Positions 12,720 to 25,100 are shown, counted from the stretch's first letter. The stretch is DNA of 64,000 nt from Rhina ancylostomus (GCA_030265395.1 JARFYF010000054.1:22832314-22896313), one strand, 5' to 3'. Notes: a model not told the origin generated them from the sequence alone. Numbers and translations: made by a program.

Positions 12720-13740
12720 TATATTTCTATTTAGAGTGGAGAAAACGTAACTTCTGCATGTAAACATTACAGGATGAAAATGGCGGTGAATAATGGCACA
12801 CAGTGACAGCTGTTAGACCAGGCAATGGTGAGGCCTGCTGCTTTCTCAGTGATAATTTAGCGCTGCTGTGTAATTCCATCTTTCCTCCCCTGGATGGAGA
12901 TCCACAGGCAGATGGTAAGAGCTGAAAGCTCTCAATAGAATAATCTCAGCAGCATGCAGAATGCACTTCCGAGAAGTTGGGCCTCCATGGGCATTTTATG
13001 ACAGCTTAATGTGCATCGTTCACATTTGCTCATTTCAATTTCGCATTATATAAAAGCAGTGTAAAATGCCAGTTGTGGTGCTGTAAAATGTTCGCTTTAG
13101 TGTTTATCTTTCTTGTTATCAAAAACCAATGCTGAATAATGAAGCTGAAGCTTTGCCCTTTGGTAGCACGATAGCTCATTACCCAAGAGCTGCCTCCATC
13201 TGCACTCATGGGTGCTTTGGGAGCCATTATGATTATGGTGGAAATCTCAGAAGCCATTATCAAGAGGAGACAGAGGGCTTACTGTAGACTGCCTAATGGG
13301 CTAATTTGTAATTGGGAGAGGGAAATAAGTTACTAGCTATAGCTTTATTTGATGGAGTGTGGCAGAGTGCATGCTAAATGTGATAAATGAGCAGGAAGGC
13401 TTGTTTGCACAATGGGTTTTACAAAGCCTCTTTTCTCCCGAGCATTGGCAACATGCTGACTGGTTTTGCGATTCGAGGGAAGGGAAACTCTGGGGAGTAG
13501 GTGAAGGTGCAAGAAGTGTTGTTAAATGGCAATATCATGAAGGAAGCTAATGGCAAGGAAAAGCCCTCCAGACTGCCTACTTTTGCACGCAATTATGGAG
13601 CTGACTTTTGAGATAAAAATACATCAATGTGAATTTGAAATAATAATCTTATTTTGCGTTTTTACCATTAGAGGAGGTTTATGCTCATTAATTCTTGGGT
13701 TGAATACACAAATATGTTTCCATGTAATCATGTGACTGCC
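12720..13740. promoter_or_regulatory. Candidate conserved non-coding element / enhancer block
   Basis: About 1 kb with no recognised repeats. YY1-like AAAATGGCGG at 12777, TGACAG MEIS sites, fused TTTTATGACAG at 12994 and many TAAT cores. Motif inspection only. Confidence 0.35.
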
Positions 13741-14042
13741 TGAAAGGTAAATTGAGGGCATTTTGAGTAACCAGGAATGTATCATTATAGTTGTGTGATA
13801 TTAGAGTTTGTTAGTGGACTATAGACCCATATATTTATGTTCTGGGAGAGGGATGTTTCTCCTGGCTATGTTTTAATGCAAGTCATTGCAACACATAATA
13901 TTTTTCAGGTATGAAAAAGCAAAAGGCCAAGAAGTTTTTGTGCACATGCAGCTGCTTGCTAAAATGGCATCAGTTTTGTGTAGAGAAGCAATTTTCTTTT
14001 GTAGTTAATGTGTCTGGTGTCAAACACATAAGCATTCGGAAG

Positions 14043-14150
14043 TGCAACACTCAAAACATTGGAGGAACTCAGCAGGTCTATGGAGGGAAATGGACAGTCA
14101 ACGTTTCAGGTCAAGACCCTTCACCTGGACCGAGACCCTCTCTCCTCTGG
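14043..14150 (-). mobile_element. Penelope-terminus-derived repeat with decayed hammerhead-like motif
   Basis: Minus strand reads gtcCAGGTGAagggtcttgacctGAAAcgttgactgtcc...gacctgctgagttcctcc. Confidence 0.75.
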
Positions 14151-14189
14151 CATTTGAAGTAGTTGTACGCAGTGACCAGGCGTTATTAA

Positions 14190-14345
14190 GCAAGAGTAGG
14201 CCAATGGAACCTCTCATGCTGCACCGGTATTCGATACAATCACGACTGATCTTCAGCATCAGTACCATTTCCCTGCACCAGCCCCACATCCTTTATCCTT
14301 AATATCTAAAAATCTGCTGATCTTAGTCTTGATTATCCTCAACTT
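14190..14345 (-). mobile_element. CR1/HER1 LINE 3' UTR fragment
   Basis: gcaagagtaggccaatggaacctctcatgctgcaccggtattcgata...ctgatct, the same family as 27200 and 31405. Confidence 0.6.
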
Positions 14346-14484
14346 CATTATCCTCAAATTATCCCCAGCCTGCTTAGTCATTAAGGTATTTTCAAAAAAC
14401 ATGAATGTAAAACCATCATCCCATATTACAGTCAGAGCTGTTATAGCAATGAGAACTACTTTATGAGTAATTGGGGTGAATTTG

Positions 14485-14615
14485 GGCCATCCTTTGCCTG
14501 CAGCTGGCAGTAGTCGCAGACTTCCAATCAGGAAAGCAACCTTCCACCACTACCCTCTGCCTCCTATCACCATGCCAATTTTGGATCCAGTTAGCCAACT
14601 TGCCTTTTATTGGGT
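14485..14615 (-). mobile_element. CR1 LINE RT fragment
   Basis: Translation IKGKLANWIQNWHGDRRQRVVVEGCFPDWKSAT matches the CR1 RT motif WI.NWL..R.QRVVV.G..S.W..VTSG. Confidence 0.85.
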
Positions 14616-14971
14616 GAAATGCAGATTTCAGTGGTGGCCTTCCCAAAGAAGGCTCAGATAACTTGTGTTGCAGCAGGCTTTCTTCCTTCTACTTAATTCT
14701 GCTCCCGCAATTAATGACTGCCTCATATCTGAAGCTTGTAAGCATGCTTAAATGTTCCAACAGCGCTGTCTAACATGTTGCATGCTGATTGATGTCACAT
14801 GCATCGAAGATCATGATACAGTTTCCCTTGTGCTCTATCTGCTCATGTAAGTGCTACTGACATTCACAGAATCAGAAAACACTAGGCAGGTAAGGCAGCA
14901 TCAATGCAAAGAAAAACATNNNNNNNNNNNNNNNNNNNNNNNNNNNNNNNNNNNNNNNNNNNNNNNNNNNN

Positions 14972-15060
14972 TTTCTCTTTCCACAGACGCTGCCTTTCCA
15001 GCTGATCATCTCTAGTATTTCCTGTTTTTATTTCAGGTTCCCAACTTCTGTAATATTTTG
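14972..15060 (+). mobile_element. Penelope-terminus-derived short repeat next to a gap
   Basis: ttccacagacgctgcctttccagctgatcatctctagtatttcctgtttttatttcagg. Confidence 0.7.
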
Positions 15061-16548
15061 ATTTTTCAATCACGTTTAGCAGCCATCTTGCAGCTACAAA
15101 TCTGTTGCATTGTGATGAACGTGTGCTGGACAACAGAATTTCCAGTCTGTAATCTTTAGAAACAGGCATGGGCTATTCCTTTTTCATGACCATTACATTC
15201 TACCCACCTTATTCCTCAACTGTTCTCCAGAGATTCAACTAGTTGCCTTGTGAACCAATTTATTGTCAGCTTCAATAGGAAAGCCAAAGAGAGCTTTCAA
15301 GAATGCAGCTGAAGATCATAGTTCTCTTAAATTGTATTGCATCGGTACCTCTGGTTGCTCTGGGAATTGGCATCAGAGTATGCAACAAAAATAAGAGAGT
15401 TGTGCCTATAACATAATGTGCCGATTTTACTTTTGGCCATATGGATGACTCATATGGGGATAATAGTCTCCGAAAATGATCCAATTTATTTTGAGCCACA
15501 TGACTCCAGAATAAAGATGTTTTGTCTGGTCAGATATCCAAGGGAGGGCAAAACTACTTGATTCAAATACAAGTATCTTTTGGATTTTATTTGTATTTAT
15601 ATTTGATCTAAAGCTCTTTTTGAGTCTAAATTTCCTTTGTCCCAGACTAATTTTGAGGTAATTTTCCAGCCTGTCTGCTGAGTTGTCCATCTAAGGTCAC
15701 TGGAGAAAGAAAAGCCTGAGAGACTCAATAGACTGTTAGCAACATCATATAAAGGTTAATAGTCAAGGGCTTTGAGTCTGGGCCAGTTTATGTTGCTTAT
15801 TAGCACAGCATATGTGACCATTTATTATTTTTTATCTTCTGTGGAGGGATAGTTAGACATATAACTACTGTAAATCTACGGTATGGTGTTGCTTCTGCTC
15901 AATTATCCATTTACTGTTTAATAAATCTGCTTGGCAGTTTATTGCTGAGATACAGTTCAGTGAGGGGATATTCTATCGAGTAAGAACTTTCTTTCCTGGG
16001 ATTGGTCTATTATTCCCATGATATTGGGTAGATAAAGGGCAGGTCATAGCTTCAAGAACCCACCCATGAGAGTGGCTTGGAGGACTAAAATCAGNNNNNN
16101 NNNNNNNNNNNNNNNCATAAAATACCCGTGACAAACCGGCCACTGCACACGCACAATCTTCCTGCACCATGGTGTCAGCACTTTTTGTCTGAATAACATT
16201 GCAGGATTTAATCAGAGAAAATATGCCATTTGTTTGCAGGATTTATGTTTACAATGCTGCTGCCAGGAATTGATTAGAACAAAAAATGTCTTTAAAATCC
16301 ACAAAGTTGGGCAGGTACAAGCACAGTGCACTGATTAGCCAGTGTTGGACTATAGCAGATCAACAGAGTAAGGGTAATATTGAGCTTTCCAGGCCACGAC
16401 TGGTGTGGTGAGATGCATCGAGGAGTGCAAGGTAATCAGATGGGTGAAGATCAATATAAAAGCAGCTCTGACCTTTCCTGGTAACTTACTGCACAATTCT
16501 GTTGACCTTTGGTGACAAAGCATATTTTTCACTTTGAGTTCTTCTAAT

Positions 16549-16730
16549 TTAATTTTTAAGTTGTATACCTACTGTTAAAAACTTCATTGCTGTGGGGAAA
16601 AAAATTGACATCAATTTTGTCATTTCTCCCTTCCTCTTCAAAGCTTCAATTGAGTTGCTACAAAACAAACTAAATTTCCTTAACCTCCCTTTACAACTCA
16701 GCCTTCTTATTCTGACAGTATCTTTGTTGC
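16549..16730 (-). mobile_element. Highly decayed CR1 ORF2 C-terminal fragment
   Basis: RRLSCKGRLRKFSLF resembles LSYEERL.KLGLFSLE. Confidence 0.45.
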
Positions 16731-17739
16731 TCATCATTATCCTTTGAAGGGCAATAATATCTATTCAGTGTTTCATTAATATAAATTATACAATATAAAT
16801 GAGTTAAATTAGACATGTTATATTATACTCTCGATTGACTCTGTCAGGATATGACCCCTTCTCATTACCAGATTGACATGGAGTTAAGTAAGAATAAGAT
16901 TGGTTGAGGCTCAGGAACAAGTTAACATGTAACACAGCTCCGCTATATAAATTGGAAGGACTAAGTTGCTTTTATGAAGCACACCACACAGAAAGCACTT
17001 CATATAGAATCAATTACTTTAAAGCACAGTCACCGTTGTTATGTAGACAAAAACATCAAGAGCAAAGGAAGGTTCAAGTTAAACAAACACCATACTATAT
17101 TTCAAATATGCTAACATTGTTTTTGAAAATAAGAAGCAAGCAAAATTTGAGTCACTTTGCGAGCAGCTTCTCAGCAGGTCAGGTAATTTATTCTTTTTGA
17201 GTATCAAAACATTGTCTTTGCCAACCTTTTTGAATTGCTTTGTTATGTGCACAGTTAGTAAAGGAGAACAGACAAAGAGGGAGAAGGAAAGGCTGAAGGC
17301 AGGATCTGAGGAATTGTAGTAATGTATTTATACCTTAGGCTGTGCAATCTGTTGTCAATCACAATCCACCAGGGCTAGCAACCAGGACCTCCCTTCATCA
17401 CAGCTCCTGACCTTAGAGTCCAGCCAGACATTTGGAGTCACAGTAATGGCTCAGTAATTGCTGGAGTGGGATATTGCCAGTAGAAGATGCCTTATCAGCA
17501 CTTACTTCACTAGCTTTCTTATATAATTGATTGGGATAATGAACCCTAATTTTAGTGATTAATGGTGGGTAATCTCTTTTCAAAGATTATATTTGAACTG
17601 CCTTTCTGGCACTGAAGGTATGTTTGTACTGGGATATGTTCAGTGTGATTTCTGGAAGAATCAACTTGGGGAAGCTCGGTTCATCAGCTGAGGTGTGGGG
17701 AGTCGGTCCTCCAAATATGAGCAAAACACGTCAAAGCTC

Positions 17740-18215
17740 CCCTCCACTTTAGTAACCTTCATCTTCCATTTCATGTATTCCGGTACAATCCCACATCCCA
17801 TAAATTTCAACTCCTTTCATCTAAACTGCTACATCTATAGTTTATGCTCCAGATATTTGAGAGTGACTTTTTGCAGTCCCTGCCTGCTGCCTGCATGGGT
17901 TAATGTGGGGTCTGAGTTACTCGACCATTTACCTCCCTTCCACCTGTTACTTCGAACCTGCAAGATCTGAGGAAACACTTATGAATGGCCTCAATTATCT
18001 CAATACAGAGATGAGGCTGAGCAGATTCCCCTTATTCCTCCAATTTTCTCCAATGCCCTATCTCCTGAATGCTTCAGGCTTAATGTCACAAGATAGTACT
18101 GTTTCTTTATGAACTCTGAAAAGTGTTCTGGTCTTGTTCTTAGCTCCAGAGTTTGACCTGTTGATTCATCACTGCCTGAATGAGCACAAATATCCCCAGT
18201 CAAAACTCATTCACT
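17740..18215 (+). mobile_element. Highly decayed L2-like LINE fragment
   Basis: atcactgcctgaatgagcacaaatatccccagtcaaa resembles L2 RT I..WM..NFLQLN. The rest is pyrimidine-rich L2-like sequence. Confidence 0.35.
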
Positions 18216-18674
18216 GGCTGCAGTGAGCCTTTTGTCTGATACACTCAGGTGATTTCCAAGTTCTATCAATGGGTTTAAATGTCTTCCACTTACATTCACT
18301 GGAAATGATGGGGCAGAATATTGCGCGTCTGCTTGGGACATAATTTGGAGAATCGACTCATCTGTCCTAATTTCTGTTGCATTGAATTCAGTGGGAAGTG
18401 AAGAATACCAGATTACCAGCTATCAGGTAAAGATAAAGGTTGTGCTTTGCCTACTATGGTTTGTTTGTGGTGAATGTCTTCATATGCTATTGAATTGAAA
18501 TATTGTGTAGTTTAGTGGGAAAATGCACAGGGAAAATGATCGCTGGTCAGTGCAAGAGTTTGAATATAAAATCTATTCCCATCCCATTCCCACACTGACT
18601 TCTCTGCCTTTGGTGTCCTCCACTGTTCCAACAAAGCTCAACATAAACTTGAGAAAGAAAAACGTGGAACTTAT

Positions 18675-18810
18675 TTTATTTCTAACCTTTTCTAGTTCTG
18701 ATGTAAGGTCATCAACCTGTAGCATTAACTATGGTTATCTCTCCACAAGTGCTGCCTGACCTAGTGCTATTATTTCAGATTTCCAGCATGTCCATTATTT
18801 TGCTTTCAGA
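18675..18810 (+). mobile_element. Penelope-terminus-derived repeat with decayed hammerhead-like motif
   Basis: agttCTGATGTaaggtcatcaacctGTAGcattaac...ccacaagtgctgcctgacct...ttcagatttccagcat. Confidence 0.75.
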
Positions 18811-19289
18811 TTGGTGGTTTTTAATATGCCTGCCTTGTAGAGGGACAAACAAAATGAGTCAAGAGTTCCCATATCCATCGATAACTTACTTAAAAGTGTC
18901 CAGATAAAGTAAATTGGATCGGCATGCACACATTATATGGTCAGATCAAAATACCAAACATTAGCATAACATTTACATTAAACCAGAACTTCTCGTGGCT
19001 GGAAAAATTGATCCAGTGGTTTAAGACCAGAATCACATTCAGCTTTACCTGCAGAGTTCTTTGGAGTTCAAGTCGAACCCGCCAAGATTCTGGACCAAAA
19101 AAAAATCATATTGTGGTTGTCTGCTGTTGAATCAGTCAGCTTTCTCATATTTAAAATCTGTCCTGACATAACATGTAGTCAGACTGGTGGGCATCCTGAT
19201 AAGGATAATATCACCATATATTCATCATTACTAGGTGAAAATGCTGGAACAATTCCCGACAGCATTGTTAGGAGTGTTTCAGCCACAGT

Positions 19290-19614
19290 AACAGCACAGA
19301 GTGGTGTAGCTATTAGAGTAGCTGCCTCACAGCTCCAGCAACCTGGATTCAATCTTGACTTCCAGTTCTGTGTGGAGTTTGCATGTTTTTCCTGTGTTTG
19401 GACAGTCCAGTTTCCTTCCACGTCCCAACAGCATACAGGTTGGTAGGTCTTTTGCCCTGATATCCAGGAGAGTGGTAGAATCTGGGGGAGATGATGGGAA
19501 TCCGGGAAGAATAAAATTGGATTTTATGTAGGCTTAGTGTAAATGGACGCTTGATGGTCGGAGCAGACTCGGTAGGCTGAAGGGCCCGTTTCCATGCAGT
19601 ACGTCTCTGTGACT
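19290..19614 (+). mobile_element. HE1-like V-SINE, near full length
   Basis: tRNA-like head (gtggtgtagctatt...ctggattcaatc), V-domain tgtgtggagtttgcatgtt and a CR1/HER1-type tail ggctgaagggcccgtttccatgcagtac. Confidence 0.85.
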
Positions 19615-20039
19615 AACTGCAATGATTTAAAAAGAAGGCCCACCACTGCATTCTCAAGAGAAACTAAATCCCAGCTTTGTCAGCAAAGCCCATATTCCAA
19701 GGATTAACTTTAGAAATTGAGGACAATGAATGCCAGATGTGATTCATAGCAAAGTACCCAATTCCTGCGGAACAAAACGTGTACAATGAAATCCTCATTG
19801 TCTCTGTGCTGTTTATACTGCATTAGCCTCAGGATCAGGCCTGTAAAATCACTTACACACATGTACACAAAAAGTCTATTGCTTGTCTGTCTAGGGTTTC
19901 ATGGGTATTGCCTCTAAAGCCAATGTCACAAATGACCTGGAACTAGTTCAAACACATTTGGAAGGGAATTTAATTTTAGAGCCTTTTTGGATTCCATTTC
20001 ATTTAATATAAGTGATCCACTGGGATTTGGAAGCTTGGT

Positions 20040-20740
20040 GGGGATAACCATACAGTGTGCCAAAATGTGTGAATAATTATAGCAGTTACGATGTCTGCCA
20101 GAAAGCGTGGAATGTTCACGTTCTTGATTAAATTCAGTTAAACACGGCTGTAAATCATGGCTGCCACAGCTTGGCAGTCCAGGCCAGCAGTTGGCTTCAG
20201 CAGCTGGAGCAAACCCCACCTCTCCTTAAAAAGGGCAATCAGTCCCTTATTGGAGGAGCTCTGTCTTTAGAGCTTCATAATTAGTGGGAAAACAATAACT
20301 AGTTGCCAATTCTTCATCGTTTGGTTGGTTAGTTAACCAGTGATGAACCAGACATTTATGTATTTTATAGATTTAGACCATTTTGCCAGAGGGACTGCAT
20401 TACAGGAATTAATATAGGATTGTGAGAGACTCATAAATCAACGTTGCTCCAGGCGTAAAGGAGTTATGACTCTTTCTCGTGAGTCAGTCAATGACACAAG
20501 TGTAATAGGCTATTTATTCTATGGGTTTGATTTAAATGCATGATGGAGTGCGATGCGCAGTGCAGGTGCAGGCTGCTGAATAATCACTAAATGGATAATT
20601 CCGCAGACCAGGGGTGTGATACTTATCGCAAGAACCACAAAATAAACACCAAATAATAGAGCAAGACGACTTGTGAAGGGAGTTGTGAGGAATGTTTGGA
20701 TCATTTTAGCCGCTTCCACTGACAGGCATTCTACAGTACT
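20040..20740. promoter_or_regulatory. Candidate conserved non-coding element / enhancer block
   Basis: No recognised repeats. PBX-HOX-type sites on the minus strand (TGATTTAC ~20150, TGATTTATG ~20432), AP-1 TGAGTCA ~20480 and retained CpGs. Confidence 0.35.
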
Positions 20741-21074
20741 GTACAGTCGAGAATGGAACTAGATGGATTGATAAGAATATGAGGATAATGACATTGGAAT
20801 AAAGTTACCAATGGAACATGGTTGACAGAACTGAGGAACACAGTCTACACTCGTTTAAGAAGTTTCGACACAGAGTCAGACAGCTTGGAAACAGACCCTT
20901 CATCCCAACTGGTTGCTGCCCACAGACAGATGTTATTGCATTGACCATCTTGCATACTTACTTGGCTGCATTAGAAGTTGTTGGGCAGTCTGTTTTAGTA
21001 TGCTGATCGATGAATTAAGAGGGCACCATAAATAAGTCTCCTGTTATTCTTTGAATTGGTTCTTTGGAAATTGA

Positions 21075-21295
21075 GAGCCTTGGTTTAAGACACCACCACT
21101 AATAGTGCAGCACGCCCTCTGTGAAGCAGTGCACCACTCCCTCTGTACTGCAGTGCACCACTCCCTCAGTACTGCAGTGTAATGCTCCCTCACTACTCTA
21201 CTGCAGAATCAGCCTTGATTATTGTGCTTAACTTCGTAGAGTGGGACTTGAGGCCACAATCTCGTCACTCGANNNNNNNNGCTAAGCCCCAGCTG
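21075..21295 (-). mobile_element. DeuSINE-like 5' part with internal 24-bp tandem amplification
   Basis: gccttggtttaa...gtgggacttga. The unit cagtgcaccactccctcWgtactg is repeated about 4 times at 21103-21205. Confidence 0.7.
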
Positions 21296-22794
21296 GCATT
21301 TGAAGATTGTGCAGAAGAAAGATGAATGATTTAAGGCTATTATCAGGCCTCAAGAGCACTCTTGGTTCACAGTTGAATGAGAAGTAAGACGAGGAGCTGG
21401 GTTTCGGTGTCCCATGTTTAAACAATAGCTGAAGAACCACACAGCTCTGACCTCGGGCAGTAATTCATGACTTACCTTGCTGTTATGTCTGGTACAAATA
21501 CACAGAAGAAAAGAGTCAAGTTTGCATAAATGGCAGATGTGGCTCTCTGTCAGTTTGTAATTTGAAAGTCACATGCATTCAGAGACCAAATAGTATCATC
21601 AGGAAGAAAATTGTTGTTTCATTTTTGGGAACTTAAAGGTTGAAATTGAGACTCTACTTGATAATAGCTTCCCCTTCCTCAGAGAGGGTCCAAAATAACA
21701 GAATTAAAACAACCTCAATTGAATTTCAGGTGGTGCAAATCAACAACAGTTTGGGATCTGACCAGGATGGCTGATCTGTGAAGGTGGGGCTTCTCACAGA
21801 AGATTAAGACAGATCCAAAGGGCAACAAAGAGGAATGTTTACTAACTGCACAGAGTGCATGGTGCTCAGATGAACATCAAGGGTGGGAGGTAGAAATTTG
21901 TCTTCCACAGTGGTGCAAAATGGCCTTCTCAAATCAGCTGCTACTGTGCACACCACCTGATACAGTCATACCTACATTGAGGAATCTTCAGTTTTTGCTA
22001 AATTTCAATGTAAGCCAAAACCACGACTTTTAGGCTTGGGACCATTGTTGCTGAGTGCTGCCTCACTCATTCGCTCACACACTGACTCTTTCTGTCTTTT
22101 ACTCCTTCACACACAATGTCTCTCTAATCGGGTACCCAGTCCAGAAAGGAGAGAGGGTGACAGCGGAGGGTCAGCACCAACAGTGCAAGGGAAAGAGGGA
22201 GTACAAAGTGATTGGCACATGGATATTCTGGTCAGGGTTTGGGGACCATGAAGAGTTTCTTGGGAGTCAGCTCCTCTTGCCAGTAAGGGGCAGTTGGCAG
22301 GTTAGTGGGACTGGCTCCTGGGGACGGATCAAATCATGAATTAGGGCTGTGCCTCCACCACCCTGGGTATGAGAGAGAACAAAGCATCCCTACTCCTACC
22401 CCAAACCCAAGGTCATTACTGTTGAATGCTGCCCCCATTCGTACTGAAGAATGGTAAGTAATGGCAACTGGTTATCAACAGGAGCAACAACTTCAAAATT
22501 AGCAGATATAAAATATTTTTAGAGAGTGTTGATGTTGTTTATGCTCAATATTTTCCACTACTTTGCCTGTTGAAACTCAGCCACAATTTTCAAAGTTCAT
22601 CGTGGAAATTAGGCAGGCCCTACAGAAGTATAGTTCCCCATCAGTCAGTGGAATTAAATATCAAGTGCCACATTTGTGAAGCAAAATGGTCAGCAAATAT
22701 ATGTTATCTTAGAAGCTTACTTGTTCTTTGTTCTCACCTGGAGATAGCCTCGTCAACAATTTAGCTTTCATCATCTCCACATGAAGTAGATTGA

Positions 22795-22975
22795 AAATCA
22801 AAAACTTCTCATTCTGGAAACCCGAAAGAAAAACACAAAGTGCTAGAAATAATCAGTGGGTCAGGCAACATGATAAAGGATTAATGGCCTGAAATATTAT
22901 CTCTGTTTCTCTCTCCACACATGCTGCCTGAACTGCTGAGTGTTTCCATCATTTTCTGTTATTTTTTATTTCAGT
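22795..22975. mobile_element. Fold-back Penelope-terminus-derived element
   Basis: The left arm gtgctagaaataatcagtgggtcaggcaaca pairs with the right arm atgctgcctgaactgctgagtgtttccatcattttc. Confidence 0.75.
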
Positions 22976-23619
22976 GTGAACTAGGTTTAATTTGTATGAT
23001 GGAGAACTACAAATTGTATAGTCATCAGCTTTGCTCAATGATTAAAGTAAAAATTATGTCTTCTAAAATCAGATTGTTGAAAGCCTATTTCATTAATTTG
23101 TAACATAGTTTAATCTTGCAGATATATTTTGGTTTGCAAGTTCTCTTTACCAGAAGTGAAATAGTTTTCTTGGGAATATCCAGTTTCCTATGCATTCTAA
23201 AATCTCACTGTCAGACAGTATCATTGGCATTATCTAAGAATCTTCTCCTAAGTTGTCTAAATCCAGTGCCAGTATAAGTGTAAAAGTTCCTGTATAAATA
23301 TCGACTCATTGAGTTAATATTCAGCTAAATATAATATAATTTCTGAGTAGTCCATCTGAATAATGAAGTATAGCATCAACAGAGCACAACCAGCAGAATC
23401 TAAGACAAGTTAACCATTCTCCCTCCCCCTGCAACCATTGTAACCAATGCCTGATTTTTAATTCCATTGCCATTAGTGCAGTTAAATATCAGGCAAAGTG
23501 AATTAAGGGTGGATGATACACTACAGAATTACATAGGATGAATTTTTCTCAGAGATTCATTGTGATCTCAACAATTAACTACAAAGTGATTTTTCCCCCA
23601 ATTTCTGCGCCTCACTATG

Positions 23620-24225
23620 TTTGCTGTGGTTCACTTCTGCATCAGAAGCTTTTGGGTTCAAGTCCCAATCCAGATATTTAAGCACAAATATCCAGAATGA
23701 TACTCCATTCCAATATAGAAGAAATATTGCACTGGTTAAGATGCTGTCATTCAGATCAGCCATTAAATACGGGCTCTGTCTGTTCTCTGAGGTGGATGTA
23801 AAAAATCCCAAGGAATTATATGGAAGGGTGGTGGAATTCTCTCCACTGTCCTGGCCGGTATATAACCTTCACTCAGCATTTCTGTTTGTGAATCTTGTTC
23901 AGTACAACAAACAATCTGCTGGAGGAACTCAGCAGGTCAAGTAGCATCTATGGGGGAAAAGGAATTGTCAACATTTCGGGTCAAAACCCTGCATTAAACG
24001 TCGACAATCCTCCCACAGATGCTGCTCGACCCGCTGAGTTCCTCCACCAGATTGTCTATTGCTCCAGATTCCAGCATCTGCAGTCTCTTGTGTCTCCATT
24101 CCTAAGTGCAGTTTTGGCCACCATTTTTTCTACATTGCAAGAAGGAGGTGCCTCAGAAGTCTTGCATTTGCTGTAAATGCTTTGGGATATCTGGAAAGAA
24201 AGGTGCTATGCAAATGCAATTCTCA
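23620..24225 (+). mobile_element. DeuSINE-like SINE split by a fold-back PLE-derived element
   Basis: Head tgggttcaagtccca and Deu body gtctgttctctgaggtggatgtaaaaaatccca. The 3' part resumes after ~24096 (gctgtaaatgctttgggatatc...aaggtgctatgcaaatgcaa). Confidence 0.75.
23905..24097. mobile_element. Fold-back Penelope-terminus-derived element
   Basis: acaatctgctggaggaactcagcaggtcaagtagcatctatggg ... cccacagatgctgctcgacccgctgagttcctccaccagattgt, plus the unpaired tail ctccagattccagcatctgcagtctcttgtgtctc. Confidence 0.9.
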
Positions 24226-24644
24226 GTTTAATAAATCATTCCTGACTTTGGATGGGGGTGGAAATGGACAACTGGGAAGACTTGAGAATGGAAGCTCAGA
24301 AGAGAGGGGAGTGACAGGGTAGCTTCACTCACAAAGAATAATTTCAACAGAGTAACTGCACTACAGAACAGTAGAAGACCACTTTCTAAATAGTGTTCCA
24401 GATTTTGAATTTCAAAAAATAAAAATGAAAGGAAGCCTTTTCTCCCCTCCTCATTCTAATATGCAGGGAGCGGAATGGCAATGTCTAACAAAGTTTTTAT
24501 TTTATCTTGGGCCTCTAGCCGCAAGCTCCATTTTCATTGCATCCCCTTTCACCTTCTTTTTATTGCCTTTGCCTATTCATTCCTTTCATTTTTTTTGGTT
24601 AGACCAGCTATTTGTTTCGGACCCCAGAGGCGTTCACAAGCACT

Positions 24645-25100
24645 AGGTTGTTAATGGCAATCAAACGCTTTCACACTTAAGGCAGAATGTTTGATTTAAT
24701 CGCAGAGCTGTCTATTATTCTGCTGCACTATTCCATGGAGGCAGCCTTCTGATCAAATGCTCACTCCCAGGAGCATAGGTTTTTTTTTGTTATGTCTAAA
24801 TCCTCAGTACAAATTGCAGTATTCCTGTGCTCCCAGTGGGATTCATTACTGCCTGTGGGGCATTAAAGATCATTAATAGTGCTGTCAGAGAAGCTAGCCA
24901 GTTGCTTAGCTTCTCATAAATGGGAAATTAATACATCTGGTTCATTAATAATGCCTTGTGTTTGATGTTTGTTGGCTGGCAGCTTTAATGATGTAGGTCT
25001 GGGGCGACAGGGCGCTTCACCAAGTTAGATTTTCCAATTAGCCAGCCCTTTTTTTTTCTCCTCTCTTCCAAAGAATCAGTCCTCAATTATCACTTCTGTG
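24645..25100. promoter_or_regulatory. Candidate conserved non-coding element / enhancer block
   Basis: No recognised repeats. Dense TAAT/ATTA, TGATTTAAT, CATAAA, CTGTCA (MEIS) and ATCAAA/TTTGAT (TCF-like) motifs. Confidence 0.4.

Noticed and set aside
19290-19365. tRNA-like sequences here and at ~54670-54836, ~23630 and ~61920-62000
   Set aside because: They have A/B-box similarity only, form no full cloverleaf and continue into SINE bodies. They are SINE heads, not tRNA genes.
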